Shown: positions 57,008 through 64,000 of the stretch, one piece after another
How the letters are laid out: every line of letters starts with the position of its first letter
Position numbering within the stretch: the stretch's first letter is position 1
Source: an uncultured bacterium
GTDB taxonomy: Bacteria; Krumholzibacteriota; Krumholzibacteriia; LZORAL124-64-63
Length of the DNA: 64,000 nt
Reading direction: 5' to 3'
Assembly: GCA_963732385.1 (NCBI GenBank)
Contig: CAVSZB010000008.1
Span: forward strand, 384,001 to 448,000
Position numbers and translations under genes: made by a program
The notes under the pieces: model-generated
The model's input: the letters and a program-made list of their open reading frames with translations, nothing else
Database searches by the model: none
Told to the model about the DNA's origin: nothing

Positions 57008-58162
57008 TCAATCTGCAAAGATGCCGCCCACATCGCCCACCGCGGCCAGTGGCACGACCTCGATCCGGTCCGCGAGGCGATAACGCTTGCTGCCTGGATA
57101 GACCACCACGACCCGTTCGAGTTGCAGGTCATCCAGCGCGACGCGGATCGACGGGGTCACGCGCGGCGCGTCCGCGCGTTTGCATTCGACACCGAACAGC
57201 CGGTCGCCGCGGCGCAGGATCAGGTCGATCTCGGCGCCCTGATGCGTGGCCCAGAAGAAGGCCTCGTCGTGGAACTCGGTCATCAGGATCTGCTCGACCG
57301 CGAATCCTTCCCAGGAAGCGCCCAGCTTGGGGTGGTTGTGCAGGTCCTTGTCCGACGCGATCCCCAACAGCTGGTGCAGGATGCCGCAGTCGCGGACATA
57401 GACCTTCGGCGATTTGACCTGGCGCTTGCCCAGGTTGGTACGCCATGGCTGCAACTGGCGGATCATCAGCGCGTCGGTCAACAGGTCCAGGTAGCGACGG
57501 CAGGTGGATTCGCTGACGCCGAGGGCCCGCGCAGGCTCGGCGGCGTTCCAGGTTTGACCGTGGTAGTGGGCGACCATGGTCCAGAAGCGCTGGAGTGCGG
57601 CAGCCGGGACGCGCACTCCCCACTGCGGGAAGTCACGTTCGAGCAGAGACTGGATGAATTGCCGGCGCCATGCCAGACTGTCCGCTTCGGTCCGTGCGAG
57701 ATATGACACGGGAAAGCCGCCGCGCCGCCACAGGTCCGCCGCGGCCTCACCTCCGAGTTCGCGCAACGAGAAACCACCGATCGTGATCCGTTCCCGCCGC
57801 CCGGCCAGACTTTCCGAGCTCTGTCGTTCGAGTTTGCCGGAGGCGCTGCCCAGGATCAGGAAACGCGCCGGATTTGCACCCCGATCCGCCAGCACCCGCA
57901 ACACCGGGAAGAGATCCGGCCGCCGCTGCACCTCATCAATGACGACCAGACCCCGCAGCGGCTGCAGCGTCGTCATCGGTTCCTCCAGCCGGGCCAGGCT
58001 GACGGGATCTTCGAGGTCGAAGTAATTGACGGATTGTTCGCTGAGCAGTTCGCGCGCGAGTGTGGTCTTGCCACACTGGCGCGGTCCGCTGAGGACCACG
58101 ACGGGGTTGCGAACGAGGGCCGCCTCGATGGCGCCCAGAATAGCCGTCCGACGGATGATCAT
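57008..58162 (-). CDS. AAA+ ATPase (AAA_14) with DUF4143 and restriction-like C-terminus
   Basis: GPRQCGKTT, IDEVQR, LILGSAS, ESLAGR, RGGFP, KSPKVY..D.G, EIDL...ECK. Confidence 0.93.
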   Translation of the reverse strand: MIIRRTAILGAIEAALVRNPVVVLSGPRQCGKTTLARELLSEQSVNYFDLEDPVSLARLEEPMTTLQPLRGLVVIDEVQRRPDLFPVLRVLADRGANPARFLILGSASGKLERQSSESLAGRRERITIGGFSLRELGGEAAADLWRRGGFPVSYLARTEADSLAWRRQFIQSLLERDFPQWGVRVPAAALQRFWTMVAHYHGQTWNAAEPARALGVSESTCRRYLDLLTDALMIRQLQPWRTNLGKRQVKSPKVYVRDCGILHQLLGIASDKDLHNHPKLGASWEGFAVEQILMTEFHDEAFFWATHQGAEIDLILRRGDRLFGVECKRADAPRVTPSIRVALDDLQLERVVVVYPGSKRYRLADRIEVVPLAAVGDVGGIFAD

Positions 58163-58171
58163 GAGGCCAAT

Positions 58172-58214
58172 ATACCATGAAAATCCGTCAAGAGATAGCG
58201 GAATTTCATGGTAT
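58172..58214. promoter_or_regulatory. 16-bp inverted repeat (operator-like) just upstream of the AAA+ gene
   Basis: ATACCATGAAAATCCG-11 nt-CGGAATTTCATGGTAT, one mismatch. Confidence 0.7.
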
Positions 58215-58349
58215 TTATCCGGTCACGAGTGCGCGCCGGATCAAGGTCGGCTCGTTTTTATCTTGCTGTGGAGCAAGTAGATAATAACGTCGGCGGGATC
58301 ATTGCGCCGGCGCAAGCCGATGGACGGCTCCGGTTGAACCGCCGGGCCG

Positions 58350-58890
58350 TTAGCAACTTGCGCCCGGCGCAATCGACCACCGCGACCTACTGCGGCCAGC
58401 TGCTGGGCACTGCTGCTGGCGCGGATCTACGAATGTCTCCCTTTGAGCTGCCCCAAATGCGGAAAACCAATGCGGATCATCGCGTTCGTGCTGGAGCGGC
58501 CGGTGATCAAGCGGATTCTCGAGCACATCGGCGAACTAACCAGGCCACCCGCAGTGCGACCCGCACGGCCGCCGCTCCAGAGGGAGTTCCAGTTCGACCA
58601 GACGCTCGGGCCCGACGGCTGGCCGGAGATGGACCAGACGGCGGGACTGGGCAACGGCTGGGACTGAACCCGCGAGCAGACCACACCAGAAGTGACCGCC
58701 GCCTGGTTGCAGAGTGGCGGATGGACCGGGATGTTTGCGAAGCCCGTCAACAGGGCGGCGGAACCTGGAATCGGCAGGTTCGGGGGTGGGAATCCTGGGG
58801 CGGTTTGACGACGAGACGGGCGGCGTGGCACAATGAGATGGTTGGGAGAGGGCTGCGGTGGGGGGAATGTGCGATTGGATTTCCTATCCT
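58350..58890 (+). mobile_element. IS91/ISCR-family remnant: transposase C-terminus (to 58667) plus oriIS-like end
   Basis: In-frame WALLLARIYECLPLSCPKCGKPMRIIAFV...ILEHIG...PARPP; GCGATTGGATTTCCTATCC at 58871-58889 resembles ISCR oriIS ends. Confidence 0.75.
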
Positions 58891-58929
58891 CATCCGGATT
58901 TAACGAGAATTTTGAAAGGAGGAGCAGCT

Positions 58930-61416
58930 ATGAGCAGGCTATTAATAGCAGCGCCGTTCATCATTCTGTGCGCTTTGATCATTGCCGTGCCGTCCGTGTG
59001 GGCCTATTGGGTCCAGGATGGTATGACTATCTGCACGGCAACGGGGACGCAGCAGTATCCCACGATCACCTCCGATGGCGCGGGCGGCGCTATTGTCACA
59101 TGGATTGACTACCGCAGCGGATACGCTGACATCTATGCCCAGAGGGTGAATGTATCGGGTACTGTCCAGTGGACGACCAATGGCGTCGCCCTCTGCACGG
59201 CAACAGGGTATCAGGAAAATCCCACCATCACCTCCGATGGCGCGGGCGGCGCCATTGTCACGTGGCAAGACTTCCGCAGCGGAAACCTTGACATCTATGC
59301 CCAGAGGGTGAATGCCTCGGGTACTGTCCAGTGGACGACCAATGGCGTCGCCCTCTGCACGGCAACGGAGTATCAGCACAATCCCACCATCACCTCCGAT
59401 GGCGCGGGCGGCGCCATTGTCACGTGGTATGACGTACGCAGCGGAGACTGGGACATCTATGCCCAGAGGGTGAATGCCTCGGGGGCTGTCCAGTGGACGA
59501 CCAATGGCGTCGCCCTCTGCACGGCAACGGGGCATCAGATAAATCCCACCATCACTTCCGATGGCGCGGGCGGCGCCATAGTCACGTGGAGTGACTACCG
59601 CAGCGGATACGGCGACATCTATGCCCAGAGGGTGAATGCCTTGGGGGCTGCCCAGTGGACGACCAATGGCGTCGCCCTCTGCACGGCAACGGATGATCAG
59701 TATGCCCCCCAGATCACATCCGATGGGGCGGGCGGGGCGATTGTAACATGGACTGACTACCGCAGCGGAAACCTTGACATCTGTGCCCAGAGGGTGAATG
59801 CCTCGGGTACTGTCCAGTGGACGAGAGATGGCATCGCCCTCTGCACGGCAACGGGGACTCAGCAGTATCCCACGATTACCTCCGATGGCGAGGGCGGCGC
59901 CATTGTCACGTGGAATGACTACCGCAGCGGAACCTCTGACATCTATGCCCAGAGGGTGAATGCCTTGGGGGCTGTTCATTGGACGAAATATGGCGTCGCC
60001 CTCTGCACGGCAACGGGGTCTCAGGCGCATCCCACGATCACCTCCGATGGCGCGGGCGGTGCCATTGTCACGTGGTATGACTCCCGCAGCGGTGCCAATG
60101 ACATCTATGCCCAGAGGGTGAATGCCTCGGGTACTGTCCGATGGACCACCAATGGCGTCGCCCTCTGCACGGCAACGGGGTATCAGGAAAATCCCACCAT
60201 CACCTCCGATGGTGCGGGCGGCGCCATTGTCACGTGGTGGGACACCCGCAGCGGAGACTGGGACATCTATGCCCAGTCCATTGACGCCAAAGGCAGAGCC
60301 GGCTTCCTCGGCCCCAATATCTACTCCATCCGGGATGTGCCCGGTGACCAGGGCGGTCTAGTGAGAATCACCATCGAACGATCGAAACTCGATGACGCGC
60401 TGGAAAATGCCTTTCCGGTTTCAACGTACAACATCTGGCAGCGTATCGACGATGCGGCCCTGCTCGCCCTGGTAGCTCAGGGCAGCGCTGATGCGGCGCC
60501 CGGTGCGTGGATGGACAAGGCGTCCCTGGAACCTTCGGTGGATGCATCAAGCGTTTCGGGCTGGCCTTTGACGGAATTAGGCGACCGGTACTTCGTGCCA
60601 TCGACAGAGATGCTCGAGGCTGTGGCATTCCCTCCGGGCATATGGGAGCTGCTCGGGAGCTTCGCCGCATGCCAGCAGGATCAGTATATCTACCGCGCGA
60701 GCACGCTGGCCGATTCGACGGCGAGCGGCATTCCATACTCGGTGTACATGGTGAGCGCCCACACAACCACTCCATCATTATGGTTCATGAGCGATCCCGA
60801 CAGCGGATACTCGGTGGATAATATTCCACCCGAGCCGCCGGAAGGTCTCGTGGCGGAACAAAGCTACATGCCCACAGGGCTCGAGCTCTCGTGGAACGTC
60901 AATGCCGCAAATGATCTCTCGCATTATGTCATCTATCGTGACCTAAGTGAGGGTTTCGTGCCGACGCCTGAGAACCGGGTGGCGACGCCGATCGAGCCGG
61001 AGTGGTTCGACGAATCATGGAGTTGGAGCGGCGGCTACTACTACAAGGTCTCCGCGCTCGATGTGCATGGAAACGAAAGCGGCTTCGCGCTGCTCGCGCC
61101 CGACGCCATAACGGGCATCGACACACCGAATTCGCCCGCGGCGAGCTATTTGGCGCAGAACTACCCGAACCCGTTCAATCCGACGACGCGGATCGCCTTC
61201 GGGCTCTCGGAGCCGGCTCACGTGTCGCTGAGAATCTACGACGCCGCCGGAAGGCTCGTGAGAGCGCTCGTCGAGAGCGACCGGCCGGCCGGCAACTTCA
61301 CCGAGCTCTGGAACGGCCGCGACTCGAACGGCCGTTCGGTTGCGAGCGGGAACTACTTCTGCCGGCTGGAAACCGCCGGCGGCCGTCTGACGCGGCAATT
61401 GTCGCTCGTGAAGTGA
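58930..61416 (+). CDS. Secreted 8-repeat (probable beta-propeller) protein with Fn3-like domain and FlgD-Ig CTD
   Basis: RBS GAAAGGAGG, signal peptide ending VWA, repeats SDGAGGAIVTW.D.RSG..DIYAQRVNASG, DNIPPEPP..L Fn3, QNYPNPFNP CTD. Confidence 0.88.
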   Translation: MSRLLIAAPFIILCALIIAVPSVWAYWVQDGMTICTATGTQQYPTITSDGAGGAIVTWIDYRSGYADIYAQRVNVSGTVQWTTNGVALCTATGYQENPTITSDGAGGAIVTWQDFRSGNLDIYAQRVNASGTVQWTTNGVALCTATEYQHNPTITSDGAGGAIVTWYDVRSGDWDIYAQRVNASGAVQWTTNGVALCTATGHQINPTITSDGAGGAIVTWSDYRSGYGDIYAQRVNALGAAQWTTNGVALCTATDDQYAPQITSDGAGGAIVTWTDYRSGNLDICAQRVNASGTVQWTRDGIALCTATGTQQYPTITSDGEGGAIVTWNDYRSGTSDIYAQRVNALGAVHWTKYGVALCTATGSQAHPTITSDGAGGAIVTWYDSRSGANDIYAQRVNASGTVRWTTNGVALCTATGYQENPTITSDGAGGAIVTWWDTRSGDWDIYAQSIDAKGRAGFLGPNIYSIRDVPGDQGGLVRITIERSKLDDALENAFPVSTYNIWQRIDDAALLALVAQGSADAAPGAWMDKASLEPSVDASSVSGWPLTELGDRYFVPSTEMLEAVAFPPGIWELLGSFAACQQDQYIYRASTLADSTASGIPYSVYMVSAHTTTPSLWFMSDPDSGYSVDNIPPEPPEGLVAEQSYMPTGLELSWNVNAANDLSHYVIYRDLSEGFVPTPENRVATPIEPEWFDESWSWSGGYYYKVSALDVHGNESGFALLAPDAITGIDTPNSPAASYLAQNYPNPFNPTTRIAFGLSEPAHVSLRIYDAAGRLVRALVESDRPAGNFTELWNGRDSNGRSVASGNYFCRLETAGGRLTRQLSLVK
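59020..60300 (+). repeat. Eight intragenic tandem repeats of 162 bp (54 aa)
   Basis: AATGGCGTCGCCCTCTGCACGGCAAC recurs at 59179 and 59341 and onward with 162-nt period. Confidence 0.95.
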
Positions 61417-61730
61417 TTGGGAGCGGCTAGGCGACTGAGAACGTGCTTCTGCGGAGACTCCGGCCGGCAACGGCCGGGGTCTCTTCTTGTGATGGGAGGG
61501 AAGAGGCTTCGTCGACGGTCGATCCGGCGTTTGCTCCCTCGTTGCGCCTGGATCAGGCGATTGCCTACGTATCGCTCGCAAACCTGCTGGAACTGAAGGT
61601 TTAGCAAATTGATTATAATTTTCACTCCGTCCTATTTCCTGTCTGGTATCATTCATGATATGGCGCCGGTTCGGCGCACACGCATTCGCCCATGAATTGT
61701 CTGCCGGCCTACTGGAGGAGGTCTCCCATC

Positions 61731-63401
61731 ATGCGTCGCCACATCCTGATTCCGGCCACGGTCCTACTGGTGCTCGGGCTTGCGGTGAGCCTGTCCGCCA
61801 AGGTTCCCCTCGCCCCGATTGGAAATGCCGCCGAGCTCTGCTGCGAGCCGGGCACAGAAGGGTTCACGCCCTGTCCCGTCCGGCAGGCGCGTCTGATCGA
61901 AAGTCTGCCCCGGTATCTCAAATCGCAGGAGGTCCGGGCGGCCGAGGCGGTCGCCGGCGGGCATGCCTGCCCCACGGCCGACCAGTGGTGGGACGAGTTC
62001 CTCGCCGTGCGTGACGCCGACTCCATATGCGATCAGCCCCAGACCTGGACCGTCCTGTTCTACGACGACGCCGATTTTCCCAACGCCTACGATCCGTTCA
62101 TGGATTTCAATAGCGGCGCCTATTCGGCTCCCAACCTGAACGTCCTCATCCTCCGGGATTCCAAGAACAAGGAGGCCGGCCTGTATTCGGTCAACGAGCA
62201 CGGCGGGGCCACACTGCTGGAGGAGTGGGGAGAGGTGAACATGGGTGGTGCGGCCACGCTGCGGGACTTCGTGGCCTACGGGAAAGCCCACTTCCCCGCG
62301 GATCGGTATCTGCTGGCCGTCTACGACCACGGGGCCGGATATTATGGCTCCTGCCTCGACATTACCAACAGCGGCTGGCTGCTGATGAACGATATGCGGA
62401 CGGCTCTGACCGAGGCAGGCGGAGTCGATATCCTGGCATTCACCGCGCCCTGCCTGATGGGCGCCGTGGAGTCGGCCTACGAGCTGCGCGAATGCGTGGG
62501 AGTGTACATCGGCTCCGAGGACCTCAGCGGCTACGTCATTTGGGGCAAGCTAGAAGGCCCCATCTGCGGTCTGCTTAATGATTCGGTAGGCCTGACCACC
62601 GAGGAGATCGCCGCCCAGATCGTGCGGATGGTGGGGGAATACGACCCCTCCAGAGATAGCTGGCTGACCCTCAGCGCGGTCGCGACCTCGGCCCTGGACC
62701 GCCTGGTGCAGGACTTTGACGTGGTTTGCCGGTACCTCCAGGCGAACCTCGGTCAGTTTGCCGGCGAATTGGCCCAGGCGCACGAACAGGTCTGGGCCAT
62801 GGGTTATAGCGGGCTTTATCAAACCCCTGAGGTCGATCTCTACGATTTGGCCGAACAGTTAGCTGCGGTCTCGACCGACCCCAGTCTGCTGCTGAATCTG
62901 CAGGCCCTGCAGGTTGCCATGGACCAGGCGGTCATCGCCGAGGTGCACGGCCCGCTGCAGCTGCGGACGCACGGGCTGTCGCTCTATTTCCCCGCCACCG
63001 TGGCGGAAAACACACCCTACTATCTTCTGGTGCCGTTGGATTTCACCGCAGACACGCAATGGGACGAGTTGCTGGCGGATTATCTTAACTATGCGGCCAA
63101 GTCCGCTGCCGAGCCCACGGCCGAGCCGGGCCTGGCCCTGAACGTCTGGTCCGATCCCGACGGGCAGGGAACCCGGATCGAATTCGCCCTGCCGACGGCC
63201 GGCCCGGTGATGCTGCGCGTGTACGACCTGAGGGGCCGGAGCATCCGCACTTATTCCAGCGGGTCTATGGCCCCGGGGGTCCACACCCTTCGCTGGGACG
63301 GTCGCAGCGACCGCGGTCGGAACCAGCCCTCGGGGGTCTACCTCTTCGCGCTGGAGGCCGCAGGTCGGCAAGTGACCGGCAGGGCCGACCTGGTGCGATA
63401 G
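61731..63401 (+). CDS. Clostripain-family (C11) cysteine peptidase with FlgD-Ig CTD
   Basis: Signal peptide, WTVLFY.DAD, EVNMG, FPADRY..YDHGAG (His), PCLMG..E.AY (Cys), GLSLYFP; WDGRSDRG..PSGVY CTD. Confidence 0.88.
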   Translation: MRRHILIPATVLLVLGLAVSLSAKVPLAPIGNAAELCCEPGTEGFTPCPVRQARLIESLPRYLKSQEVRAAEAVAGGHACPTADQWWDEFLAVRDADSICDQPQTWTVLFYDDADFPNAYDPFMDFNSGAYSAPNLNVLILRDSKNKEAGLYSVNEHGGATLLEEWGEVNMGGAATLRDFVAYGKAHFPADRYLLAVYDHGAGYYGSCLDITNSGWLLMNDMRTALTEAGGVDILAFTAPCLMGAVESAYELRECVGVYIGSEDLSGYVIWGKLEGPICGLLNDSVGLTTEEIAAQIVRMVGEYDPSRDSWLTLSAVATSALDRLVQDFDVVCRYLQANLGQFAGELAQAHEQVWAMGYSGLYQTPEVDLYDLAEQLAAVSTDPSLLLNLQALQVAMDQAVIAEVHGPLQLRTHGLSLYFPATVAENTPYYLLVPLDFTADTQWDELLADYLNYAAKSAAEPTAEPGLALNVWSDPDGQGTRIEFALPTAGPVMLRVYDLRGRSIRTYSSGSMAPGVHTLRWDGRSDRGRNQPSGVYLFALEAAGRQVTGRADLVR

Positions 63402-63429
63402 CAATATCTGGGACCGGCCGTCGGTCCCT

Positions 63430-63480
63430 TGACCCCCAAAAAGAACTCCCGCCCTGCGGGAGTTCTTTTCGTAGGGGTCA
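63430..63480. terminator. Bidirectional rho-independent terminator
   Basis: AAAAAGAACTCCCGC-CCT-GCGGGAGTTCTTTT, flanked by TGACCCC / GGGGTCA. Confidence 0.8.
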
Positions 63481-64000
63481 GGCGGGGACTACTTCACCAG
63501 GATCCCTTCGATCTCGAGCATGAGCTGGACGGTGTCGTCGACGACCAGGCCACTTCTGGCTCGCACCTGGCCTGCCCACTTCGCAATCAGAAGATGCTCC
63601 AGCGCGTGCAGGAACTCGACGATCCCCGGTACGATCATCTCCGCGATCAGGTCCCGGCCGACGGCCCCCGCCACTGAGCCTGCCGGCTTGTGCCGCGGTC
63701 GCCGGTCGCGCATCATCGAGGCGTGATGGCGGGAACCGACAGCGGTCATCGTCGTTAAGAGGCTTGATGTCCCGTCAGGGTTCTCCCGGGTTGCTGCCCG
63801 CCGCGTTCGGGCTGGCGCTCGCCTGCATCGTCGCGATCTTCCTGCTGGTGCCGCGCGCCTGGGTGGCGTGGTGGCTTGCTCCCTATGCGCAGCGGTCGGC
63901 ACGGGACGGCGGCGGGCGGCGCGGGGCGCTCGAGTTGGTGCCGCCGCCGGAGTTTCCGGCCGACGTCGTCGCCGCGATCGCCGATTCGTCGCGCGGGCCG

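Noticed and set aside
59020..60300. CRISPR array or DGR
   Set aside because: Repeats are in-frame 162-bp coding units without unique spacers; no cas or RT genes
63489..63902. Minus-strand ORF whose last ~20 aa (GLVVDDTVQLMLEIEGILVK) resemble a YceI C-terminus
   Set aside because: The rest of the ORF shows no YceI features; too short to call, possibly a gene scar

Overview
Gene-dense, very GC-rich bacterial chromosomal window. Gene content (five secreted proteins with FlgD-Ig/T9SS-like C-terminal domains, a CxxxY-type CcmE) suggests a diderm FCB-group lineage such as Krumholzibacteriota/Latescibacterota/Eisenbacteria; this is inference. Left to right: the end of an MSHA-like type IV pilus operon (minor pilins, fused PilM-PilN, PilO, secretin, receiver protein, MshA-like pilin) followed by a DUF2723/TMEM260-type glycosyltransferase; an ABC-2 exporter; a small Ig+CTD protein abutting an S8 protease; a Na+-pumping acyl-CoA decarboxylase operon broken by about six +1 frameshifts; lemA-TPM-TPM; a HEAT-repeat cyclophilin; asd-ecfT-truA-fsa-htrA; two near-identical tandem lysyl-endopeptidase-like genes; purB, GNAT, a PurL-PurQ fusion, a putative tandem PurS-like protein and purF; radical SAM TIGR03960/TIGR03936 and RNase G; GT2 and rhomboid; FadL plus an SGNH lipoprotein; a System I* cytochrome c maturation operon with a divergent Rrf2 regulator. 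The last ~7 kb is a lower-GC accessory segment with an AAA+/DUF4143 ATPase, an IS91/ISCR remnant with an oriIS-like end, an 8 x 54-aa repeat protein and a clostripain-family protease. Most novel hypotheses: donor-strand coupling between a CTD-bearing adaptor and a CTD-less S8 protease, a PurLQ + single-chain PurS2 intermediate FGAM synthase, pilin glycosylation by a TMEM260-like enzyme, and a blade-shuffled propeller gene behind an ISCR end. No tRNA, rRNA or CRISPR array was recognised.
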